A model generated the notes under the pieces. The model searched no databases, was not told the origin of the DNA, and saw nothing but the letters and a program-made list of their open reading frames with translations. Positions 21,828 to 33,800 of a stretch of DNA of 64,000 nt are shown one piece after another. Each line of letters starts with the position of its first letter. Within the stretch, counting starts at the first letter, position 1. The stretch is from Pecten maximus. Lineage: Eukaryota. The DNA lies in the NCBI RefSeq assembly GCF_902652985.1, contig NC_047017.1, positions 20,212,001 to 20,276,000 on the forward strand, written 5' to 3'. Both the position numbers and the translations under genes were made by a program.

Positions 21828-21906
21828 TTGGACACCAGGGAATCATGGCGGACACAGTGAGTTTCGGACAAAGACGGCTGACACTGGAAATTTTGACAGT
21901 CGGCAG
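21828..21906 (+). other. Candidate 5' exon with strong-context ATG (21845, MADTVSFGQRRLTLEILTVG) and consensus donor
   Basis: aatcATGGCG ... GGCAG|GTAAGT; phase 2, so out of frame with the ATG at 24644 if spliced to 24642. Confidence 0.5.
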
Positions 21907-23554
21907 GTAAGTCTAAATAATAGTCGAAAAAAGAAAGATCTGATGTAGCCCATTTCAAAGAATTCTTTGCAAGCGTAACATTCGTTTTGAGAAAGCTTTC
22001 CGGACAAAATTAAATAAAATTGAATCTGTTGAAGTTTGTGGAGACAAAAGACGTCGCATATACCTATATTTACACACTACAAAACATATCCTGTTATGCC
22101 TATTTTTTAAGTAACACAAGGCGTTTACCATTTTATATACTCAACACAAAATATTGGTCACGTCGACCTTGACCTTACAAGGTGCACAAAGGTCATTTAG
22201 TCAATAAAAACACCTGGGTCTGCCACCTAAACAGTGTCTATCTCATTTCTCTCCTTGATCTCTTTGATCTGGAAATTTGATCACTTCCGTGTTCAATTTT
22301 AACAAGCATATATCCACTTATAAAACATAATGATTATTTACAAGAGCTCTACGCACAGGCGTCTGCGTCTGGTTAGTATTTATAGGGGAAAAAAGGGAAA
22401 ACAGTATACATGAATCCCCCTACTTTACTATATAGTAGGAATAATAAATAAGGCTAATATTTTTTTTCTATAAATACTCGTGTTCCAAGCATCCTCCCCA
22501 TCCTTCCGTAAAAATTATATATATCATGAACATACATACACACCTGGGATTTTTATTGGGAGGCTGGGTTGCAAATATTATGATAAACGCGAAGGTGGTG
22601 CCGGGGTGTGATGTTTCCATTGACCCATATATGGGTACTGTTGCTGGATTTTGGCCACTCATCAGACACCTAACAAATTCCCAGTATGGTGATCCCCGTC
22701 GATTAAGATACCAAAGGGAATATTTTATAGAAAGCATTACAGATACTATAACTACTAGTAGGAAGTCTTGTTGCTCTTCCGTATGAGACGTAAAATGCTT
22801 CCTCCTAAAAAATCAGGTACCCGTCACATTTAAAACAAATCAACTTGTATCTATTCATTTGGCAATTGTGCCAAAATTCACCAAATGTTGACGCTATGCA
22901 CAGCAATACGGTCTCGCCCTCAGATCCGGAACTGTCCTGTAGTATAGCTATATGCGTTCTCTGTACATTTTCTAATCGGCCTTGACTGAAAACTAACCGT
23001 TAATGACAATCTATCGATGAGGCACCTGCACCTGCGTTAAAATCTTAATGAAGATTTATTTCCCTACAAAGTCAAAAGTGAAAAGCCCAGTGTAATAGAA
23101 AATGCACTTGCTTGTCGATCTCGTGCTGTGCCGAGCTGCACCTGTGATCGGTATACCCAGGTGATAGCTGTGAGAGTGGGGGATTTTAGGAGGGAGTGTA
23201 TTGTAATATAACTAACGGGATGGGTCGTTATGTAGGATTTAATGCAAAACCATGTGAAGTTCTCCAGCCAAGCGAGACCATTATTAAATCTTTTTTTTTC
23301 ATTGTCGCTTTAATGGGTAAGGTTATTAGAGCTAATGAATCAGACATGATGATGGATCATGTCCAACGCCATTACAGATAATGGATCAGAATACTGATCA
23401 TGGTGATATGATGTGTAATGTTATTTTTATAACTAAGTAAGATGCTAAAATTTGTTTCAAATTGGTTGTTAAATAAAATAAATGATTGGGATATGATGGT
23501 ATTGGCTTTGGTTCGATCGCCCGTTTGCCTCTTTTGGTGTTGGTTAGATTGATT

Positions 23555-24500
23555 GCTTCATCTCATATTGTTTGGACAGTCTGTCTCAACTCATATTGTT
23601 TGGACAGTCTGTCTCATCTTGTGTTGGTTGGACAGTCTGTCTCATCTCATATTGTTTGGACAGTCTGTCTCATCTCGTGTTGGTTGTACTGTCTGTCTCA
23701 TCTCGTGTTGGTTGTACTGTCTGTCTCATCTCGTGTTGGTTGTACTGTCTGTCTCATCTCGTGTTGGTTGTACTGTCTGTCTCATCTCGTGTTGGTAGGA
23801 CAGTCTGTCTCATCTCGTGTTGGTAGGACAGTCTGTCTCATCTCGTGTTGGTAGGACAGTCTGTCTCATCTCGTGTTGGTAGGACAGTCTGTCTCATCTC
23901 GTGTTGGTTGTACTGTCTGTCTCATCTCATATTGTTTGGACAGTCTGTCTCATCTCATATTGTTTGGACAGTCTGTCTCATCTCATATTGTTTGGACAGT
24001 CTGTCTCATCTCATATTGTTTGGACAGTCTGTCTCATCTCGTGTTGGTTGTACTGTCTGTCTCATCTCATATTGTTTGGACAGTCTGTCTCATCTCATAT
24101 TGTTTGGACAGTCTGTCTCATCTCATATTGTTTGGACAGTCTGTCTCATCTCGTGTTGGTTGGACAGTCTGTCTCATCTCGTGTTGGTTGGACAGTCTGT
24201 CTCATCTCGTGTTGGTAGGACAGTCTGTCTCAGCTCGTGTTGGTTGTACTGTCTACTTCCTTTCGTCTTGGTTAGACTGTCTGCTTCCTTTTGTATTGGC
24301 TGGACTGTCTGCTTCCATTCATGGCGGTTGGACTGTCTGCTTCTCCTTTCGTGTTGGTTGGACTGTCTGCTTCCATTCGTGGCGGTTGGACTGTCTGCTT
24401 CCTTTCGTGTTGGTTGGACTGTCTGCTTCCTTTCCTATTGGTTGGACTGTCTGCCTCCTTTCGTGTTGGTTGGACTGTCTATTTCCTTTCGTGCTGGTTG
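23555..24500. repeat. 28-bp minisatellite, ~33 units with variant classes
   Basis: GTGTTGGTAGGACAGTCTGTCTCATCTC and variants, drifting to CTTCCTTTCGTGTTGGTTGGACTGTCTG at the 3' end. Confidence 0.96.
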
Positions 24501-24643
24501 TACTTTTTACATCCTTCAGTATCGGTTGCAAATGTCCCTAACCTATATGTCTTTAAGATACCCATTTTCATGACTGTATGTGTATGTGTATATCTTTCGA
24601 TTGATGTGTTCTTTGAATGTAGCTATCCTTTTGTCTTGCAGTC

Positions 24644-24809
24644 ATGGCCGCTCTCCCCCGGCGGAGTGGGACAGGTTTCGGGTCCTTAGAGTCTGTGACA
24701 TCAGATGACGATCAGGACTCCCAGTGTTCAGACACATCCACGGGATCTGACCAATCACAGGCTACCGTCATCTCAAACGTGACGGCATCAACCATACGTC
24801 AGTCTAAAC
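24644..24809 (+). CDS. Spectrin-repeat gene, first coding exon (acceptor AG ends 24641)
   Basis: ttttgtcttgcag|TC ATG; MAALPRRSGTGFGSLESVTSDDDQDSQCSDT...RQSK; donor gtgaga, phase 1. Confidence 0.72.
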
Positions 24810-27800
24810 GTGAGATCATATTAATCATTGCGCAAGTTAACGTTTCTCATCATAAAATTTTAGTTAATGAAATATACCATCATAGAGCGTCCATCAAACC
24901 AGTACCCCTTCTCTATCACATCTAACGTTCAAAAGAAAGTAAATGTTTTCAATATTTTCAATAAACATACAAAATATCAGATACCTATATATAGAGCGTA
25001 CCGTTAATTGATATTATCTTTGAAGTTCTGAAGAAGAAGATCTTGTTGGAGTTCCCACTCGCGTCACTGAATGATGTCATTAAGCAAACAATCGCTGTCA
25101 TGATGTAAGACCTCACACAACCACAGTGATCATTTTATGCATTTGTAAACTTCTGAACTATAACTAAGGCCCCGAGATGTTTTGGTTTGATGTTATCATT
25201 TTACGTCCCTATAACACAATGTGTTCGCCTAAGAACGATTTTCACGAAATACTGACCACCAATGGCGGTTTTATAGCGTCATCACACTGAAATGTCACAC
25301 CTGGACACGGTCGCGTGACACCCAAACCGGTCACATCATAATGATGTTTGTGATACATTTATTTAATGTTGAAACAAGCCTAGTTTACATGTAGATCATG
25401 GCGTGGCAGTGATGCTGGCTGTCTGAGAACTCATTTTCGGTCCCAGTTGAAAATCGCACCTGAGGCCGAGAATGTGAAAACTATGCGGGATCGTTTTGAT
25501 GTAATTTTATATGTCACTGAAAGTCCAGGTAAAATAATCTCTTCGTCATGATCGCACAATTTCGCGGATTTCAAAATGTCACTAGATCACAAAGCAATGT
25601 TTCCCATAGATTGGGATTTTTTCTTCATTTGTCTCCAATGAATCGTTACTGACTGTTTCAATTGGAGGGCAACCACACGTTATGAAGAATATGAAAACAC
25701 CTTTTACAGTTATAGGCATTTATTGATTAAAATGTCCACTGCGTTAAGATATCGTCAATATCACTGCTATAGCTTAATTCTTGATTGTGATATTAGTTCG
25801 TTATGCTTGAAAGTTTCTACTGAACAAGTGACGTCGCCAGTTAATTAACCGGAATGACCATAACGAAATGAGCGAATTTAGTTTTGATACAAGGGAGATA
25901 ACCTGTACTGTACCGGCCGGGTATAGGGATTGTGCACCATGCAAACAGTTAAAGTGTTTTGTGTTCTAATTTTAGTCCACATTCCAATGAATCAATAAAG
26001 TCATTACGGATAATTACGAGGACCAATTAAATTTCGTCGAAGACAAATGGAGACTAGTTCAGAAAAAAAATAGCGAAATGGTAGAGAGCGATGGAGAGGG
26101 TCACTCTCCTTGAATCGTTCATTATATATTTGTCATGAAGAATTCCACAAAAAACATCAACACACTTTCTAATCATATAAAGCAATACGATGTTTCATTA
26201 TTTTTATAACAAAGGGGGTTAAATATCCCCGACTTATTGATTATCAATACATGTTTGACTTACTCTCAAACATCACACAACATTCGGTGCCATTGGAAGA
26301 TTCCTATCTTTTACAGTAAAATAACAGAAAGAATTCACACTACTGGACAAAGGCTGTGGAGGGCTATAAGCCCCTTGAGGGTCCTTTCTGATCATTATTT
26401 GGTTAAGCTGTGTCATCGTGTGCATGTAGTCGTCGGGAATGGAATGTTAATTGAGACATGTCTGTAAAAATCCACAAATCGATAAAGTTACAGTGTCTTT
26501 ACGGCTTTGTTTCAGTCCTGGAATTTAGCATGTGTCGAAATGATGGCTAGGAAGGAGAGTGAGATCCGTGATGCAGATTAAAATGCAATCGTGGCGAAGA
26601 AAACGTATCGCTAAAAAAATATAATAGTAATAAAAGTGCTGAGGTTTTCTAGTCATGTAATGTGATAATACATGTATACATATGAACCTTGGGTTGGGAA
26701 TTCGTGTCAAGTCCCTGTGAATGTCACGCAACAACTAATGTAATGCTGAGATATAAAGACACAAATAGCAGGACCTTTCAAGCACAGGGACTTTGCACGA
26801 ATTACAAATCCATGGTCCATTTATGTATCATGCTTTCAAATGTCCACGATTATACATATTATTTGCTTCACGGATCGTGTGAAAGGAATTCTAGTGTCCA
26901 GTAGGTATTTTATAGTGTTAACATATTGAAATGTCATAGCCTCGACATGGAATCATGACCGGTGACAATGGGCTAATGCTGCTATACGTATCCATCGTCA
27001 TTGAGTGTGACGTCATATTTGAAGACTAATTTGCAGCAAGTTGGACTAAGTTGACAGACATTTTCTTTTCTTTTTTTTCATTATTGATTTGGGTGGTTCC
27101 CTTGTTTAGTATTGACCTACTTACATGACACACTAATTACGTATCATTGACACACCTTCATTTAAGTAGTACATCGCGTGTAAGAAAGGATACAGAGATC
27201 GCTAAGGGCCGTATTACAATGGGGTGTGAGGTATGAATTAATACTTATGTAATCATTGTCATATATGTAGTATTTGATTCTCTTTTGTCTCACGTGTTTT
27301 TAGCCGGTTTAACCGACAATACATACCAGGTACTATAGGACTGAGAATAAACGTTACACATGTACGTCGCGTGTGAGAAATGATCAGAGTGACATACTTA
27401 CCATCACGTGTGTGTTGACCTGTTTATGTATTCAGTGTTATAGGTGTTTGTGTACATAACTGTCTAATTAGTAGTACCAAATCATCTCTTATTACGGAGC
27501 TGATAGTCCATTCACAGGAAAAAAACGGAAACTGACGCAAATATGGTCATGACTATACAACAGACATAGCCCCATTAAGATATGTATGTCTTATAGATAA
27601 TAAAAAGTAACCCAACACATAGTTTGTGATATATAATGATATACTCTAATACAATTTTATCCTCACACCTTTAGACATCCGTGTCTTGTCTGACTACACA
27701 TTATGTATCTATTACATATATATATAAATAAATGGACACCATAGACAGACTAAGGCTGTCTGAGTTTAACGATTTCTACTGTCATACAATATTACTCAAC

Positions 27801-30800
27801 CTTGTCCAGCATATCTCCAGAGGCCCACTGTCCTCACCTGCGCGCTATCATACTTACCTTTACCTATATGTGTATTATACACAGATGAGGTGAAAATCAG
27901 TGAGGCAGAACTTGGCTACCTGTCCTCAGAGGTGTGGAAGACACTTACCTGGCTACGACGAAGAAGTGGCTACCTCTCCCCCTCCCGATTACACTCGGGG
28001 ATCCGCCTGGGAGACCCTCCCAATTCGATCAAGGTAGGTCCAACATACTGATACGTAATTACACATCGTTTGAATTAAGATATTTCTTGATTTTAAAAGT
28101 ATATACAAACTTTTTTTATTTGGCGGGTAAACGGTTCATTATATACCAGAAAACAGTTGACATACATATTTGAATTCTTGTGTATTCATTGACAAGAGGG
28201 ATGGCTGGAGGTAAGTACATAGGTATACACTTTGTACACAACTGTGTATTGATTAGTTTTGTTTTAAACGTGATAACACAATGATATACTGTACACCACA
28301 TTACGAGTGGCTGACGAAATGTATTACCGGATATATTTACTCGCCGTTATTGGGACACGTGTTTTCTCTTACATCTCTTTATATACCGGACTGGGCCAGG
28401 GTTTAGACACGCCATTCTACTTATCTTTTTTTCCTTTTTTGAAAATTCAAATACCTATTGTTGTTTAAGTTTAAATTCAGAGTATTACATTTCCTAACTT
28501 TAGAAACAGTCTAAGAACATGATATATCAGATCTATTTTTATCGTCACATTCACTTCCTGACAAAACAATTAAAAACTGAGAACTAATTTGAACAGAACT
28601 GTCATTATACAGTTAATCATTATAGTGAACGACTTACAATACATTCCATTTCTATTACATCCTGTTTCTCTTATACTTATTCTCAAAGATATCGATGTAT
28701 TAATATTTTATAGTAGTATTAGGATTAGTAAGTACAAGTTATATGAATTGTTGAAATCTATCTCATCAAATAAAAAAAAAAGTTTATCATCAGAAGTAAA
28801 TAGGAAGAGGAAGAGGGAAATAACCCATACCCCATCCAGTTATATAAAATATATTTATATGAATGCAATGATGAATATAACAAAACTTCAGATATGAGGG
28901 CAACTTTTATTTGCATGAGCATACATGTCTATGCTTTGAGCATGCTGTTTCTTTCAGCCGAGTAAAAGGGGATCAATTAATGTTACTCGTTAATTAAAAA
29001 AAATGAATAACAAAAATATATTAAATTGAGTATTAACTATTAAATACTTACAAGAAGCGTGTACACGCCTACAACTTAACTACTCTTCTGTTTTATGACA
29101 AATAAAAACCAGTCGTTGGTCGGACGGCTCATTATCATTATCACATGTATATTATAAGGCATTTATAAAAAGTGTGATAATTGGTTTCTGTCCCAGTTCA
29201 AGGACGAGCCTAGCAGCCTTATTGACTGAGAAGGAAAACAGGAATTAAGTCTGCTTTCTTGAAATGTAATATATTCATGTTTCATACTGAACGATACATA
29301 TCTCATCGCCAACATAAAAATAACAGTAAAAGAAACATTTTATTCACATTCCAAACATGTTTGCGAAACGGGCACCTGTCAGGGGGAATTCCGTCTATAA
29401 ATAGAAAAATAAACGCTGCAACGCGATTGGCTGAATTTATCCACAGATTGCCAATGATGTGGCGATGTTTGAAAACGATGAGGTCATTCCCAAAAGGCGG
29501 AATTTACCGATAGGACCTATATGAAAGATGTGCCGACGATATTCTAAGGTTTATACCGATATTTGGATATTTATGAGTATTCTAAGGTAAGAAAACTTTA
29601 AAGATTTATTGTAATTCACTATGTACCATTCATAATGTTGGGTAATGCCATGCTTAGACCTCAGGGATGGGAGAGACGGCGATCTACTGTCAGACATGTG
29701 CAGGATAAACGTGTGCCATGATTGGCATCTGTTGCTGTGCTTGAATCACTGTAGTATGTGACCCAGTTCTAACAGATATCTGACAATCCTAGATTCCTGC
29801 CTGAAACTGTTATAGTATACCGGAATGGGAAGTCAAGATTTGTTTAGTTTGACAAAGTTCAACAGTCGAAGTTGTTTGAAACATAAGTACTGTCAGAATT
29901 TGTCCACAGACCTACTTTATCTATCTAGTTAGTTTATGAAGGAAACAAAGTCATGTAACTGAAGCAATTATATCTATAACAATGAAACGATTTCATTTCC
30001 CATCAAAATATATATCCTTTTCCTTATTAATGATTTCCAAATTCACTGAATTTATCATGTTCAGTAAAGAACTTATATTAAGGAATTAGTTGATTAATCT
30101 ATGCCTATGATTTAGTTAATTAATAAGTGCCTATCACTATAATAGTAATCAAGATATCCTTGGGATTTTGTGTATTGCTAACTGGCAATAGATAACCTTA
30201 TAATATAATATATACAGGTCTTTTGACTCTTAGGTTAGCAGTAATTGACAAAAATTTGAATTCAAATTTTGATATTGTGCCAAAAACTTACACCCATTTT
30301 CTGGGCAACTGGGGTACGCGCTCTTTGTCATATCCGTTACACATGATTACAGATTGTTTTTGGCCAGAGTTTGTAATACACACCATCCTCAGTTAATTCA
30401 ATTCAAGGATCTTCAAAAACTGTGAAATATGGATGAAGTGCTAGTGTTGCTAGCAGATATATCATCTGTATTTCGGGTAACAGATCCAGAGCTGTGCAGG
30501 GTGACTGGAGTGAAGTCACATTCCTAAGCTTCACATGGAGACACCGTTTATATACTTAGTTTATCCTTCTTCCTCTTCCCATTTGCCTTTAACTAACTGT
30601 GTCAAAGGGAATACAAACATTACTACAAAGATAATACTCTATGTACTATGTACATTTATGTAACATGGAATTTCTGCCAGATAACATTGAATCCTGTCAA
30701 ATGTTTAAACAGGTCTTGGTAAATCCCAGCAGCTTCTGGAAATATTATCTATAATCTATTAAACATTTGATTGACCAATCAGATTATAATATAATTATGA

Positions 30801-33800
30801 ATATACAGTATTTGCACTTCCTTTGCATGTAGCTGTATACTGTATTGAAAACATACTGAAGTAGTAAAACAGTAGTAAACACGGATAGATGAATTGCATT
30901 CATAAGGGCTATGAATGCAGTTAAATCACTTTCTCTTCTTGCATGTCAGACTTGAATCGTTTTATCAATAGAATTCATGTGCTGTTTTTGCATATACTAA
31001 GTCTTATAATGGAGTAAAAATTCAAAAATTAGACTATACACGTGTATATGCTACATGATTATATATAGGTTACTGCAATACTGGTAATGTTCTTTCAAAC
31101 TTTCCTGATGGTACCTTATATTTATAATTAATCTCCAAATACCCAGATAATATTTAGTCCTTCGATATTTACAGAGTTTTACCCACTTTAAGGGCACCAG
31201 GTGCAAACCTTATGCTCTTGTTAGTGCAACAGTTAGATACATTTAGCATTATTTTAAGTTTACCTGGTAAATGTATTTCATACTTGAACAAAAAAAATCT
31301 TGTAAGATCTCTTCAAAATTGAAAACAATTCTTATACAATTCAAAATAGAAGTAATTATCTAGAGTATAAAAGACTAACAAAAACATATGATGAAAGTTG
31401 TACCTCAAGTTGACCAATATTTCAGCAGCTGGTTCTTGTGCAGAAAGAGTATTACATGATTATAGTCAGAACAAGGTAACATCTCCACTTTGAACTTTTT
31501 ATGCCAGAACTTGATCTTTTGAATTAGTGTTCTTTAGATGGGGTTTAAGTGCTTTGATGTTACGCATGCAAATAAACAAAACTTTCCTAGTATAGCAAGC
31601 ATTTATAGTTTTTAACTCAATCTTTAATAACATCTTAATTTATATCTTCATTAAACTGATTAAAAGAAAAGAAAATCCTTCTAGGATACAAAATAACCCT
31701 GCAGAATTAGATCACTTAGTTTTAATTACAGCGTTGTAAATTACTTGTCCTGATTTTATGTGTACCTACCTCATACCAGGGGGAAAATTTGTATTATAAT
31801 TTGTCCTGATGAAGCCTCGCATATAGAGGCGAAACTAGTCGACAAATAAATTATAAGTAACCCACTTACCTGGTGACACTTGTCCTTGTTGCGGTTAACC
31901 TCCCCCTCTTTACCTCATACCATTTTACATGTACTTGCTACTGTCATATACTAGATACTCCTATCATGATAAAAAAAAAAGACTTTATGAAATGTTAGTT
32001 TATAACTTGCTTTACCAGTAATATTCATACATGTATTGTATATTACATGTGTACATGGAAAGGCTGTAGAAGTATTGTTTAGGCATGTACTGTATATATG
32101 TATATTGTTTAGGCATGTACTGTACATGTATATTGTTTAGGCATGTACTGTACATGTATATTGTTTAGCTCAGGGCAACTGGTGGTAATGTTATCTTTTG
32201 TCTGCATCAGTTTGTTAAATGTGTTCCTGTATCTGAAAGAAAGATACAAAGGGAAGATAGATACCTGCAGGAAATTGTCACTTTTTTTACTTATTGAAGA
32301 AAATGCATACCTGTAAAATAATTTAAAAAAAGAGGTGAAATGCTCCTTAAAATGCATGTCATGGTCATGACAGTAAGTGCTCAACAACTGATAGTTTTAT
32401 ACAGATTATAGATAACTTTCAAGTAACATATTATCAGCTTCATCAGTCGAGTGATCACCTGTAGCTACTACACCATGAGCTGGTAATGTATCATTTTTAG
32501 TTGGAATATAAACGAACACACATTTATTGCATGTTCCGTGACTTACAATTGTAATTGCTGGCATTTACACAAAGCTGAAGTTTGAGTCTGTTCTTGCATA
32601 TATGTTTTTTTTCGCAATAGGTTCTGGTATCCAAATTGAGATCCCGTAAAGTTTAGATATTGGATTTTCAGTGAAATCTTTCATTTACATGAGAACGACT
32701 TCATATATATTGTAAGTTTTAAAATGGAAATTATCTGAATAGCTGTGGTGGAATTCAGTGTATAGATATGTACAGACAGGATTAATACATTATAACTATA
32801 TACAAGACCATGAATAATGAAATGCACAGGTGTATATTTGCTAATAGAAATTTGATGGAATATTCACTAGAGCAAACATCTCTTTGTCCCGTGGCCATTG
32901 AGGCACATCCAGCGCCAATATATGGACTTAAAGACAAGCTGGACACGACAACCATATCCTACTGGTCAGCGAGTCCAATGGAGTGGACAATCAACAATCT
33001 GCCTCTGTGAGTCAACAGAGAAATATGAAATAGCGATTTAGGCCACTTGTTTATTGATATTCAATCAGTGTATTAACTGGCCTGACAAAGGTTCCATTGG
33101 TGATAGACCTTCTATCTCCAGTAGATTGATTTTACTAATCCCGAGGGAGGATGGTTTTGATGGTCAATATATTGTACCTGTTGGAGCCAGAGCTTCTTGT
33201 CACACAGAAAATGTGCCATTGTTGTTAGATTTCATGTCAATAAAGTTGAAGATCTTTTCATTTCCTGGAGATTCAATCCCATTGATTTATTATAGACCTA
33301 GCACATTCATGTGATGCATTAAAAATCTACAATGGTCAAAATAAAAAGGTCTACATGTACAAATTGAACTTCTCATATTATATATTTAATACAATGCTAG
33401 CTGTCAATTATGATGATACAGTGTGACATTTATAAGCATTTTGAGCCTTGCCTTGTATTGAATACATTCATCCATAATCATTAATGGATAAAATTTCCTC
33501 GTATCTGGTTACAAGTTTTAACATGTTTTCTCAAAATAATCATTGAAATACCTAAATATATAGTCCAACATATGTTTTGTAGATGTTCATGCTGTAACAA
33601 ATGAAAAAATGACACAATTTATGTATGATATACATATATAGGTGAATTGAGGTAATGGTATTGGTAATGTCTACTCTATCTGACATATATCAATTTATTG
33701 ATAAATAATAGATTCAATACCTTCACGTCCAAATTAACGAGTCATTGATTTTTTCATTCATTTGACTTAGTATTATGGTAGACTTATACATGTATTTGTG

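Noticed and set aside
23486-24689. Multiple overlapping 80-240-aa ORFs
   Set aside because: Artefact of a stop-free 28-bp repeat read in all three frames.
32405-32455. CTGATGA...GAAA on the minus strand
   Set aside because: No stem I complementarity and poor stem II; chance match.
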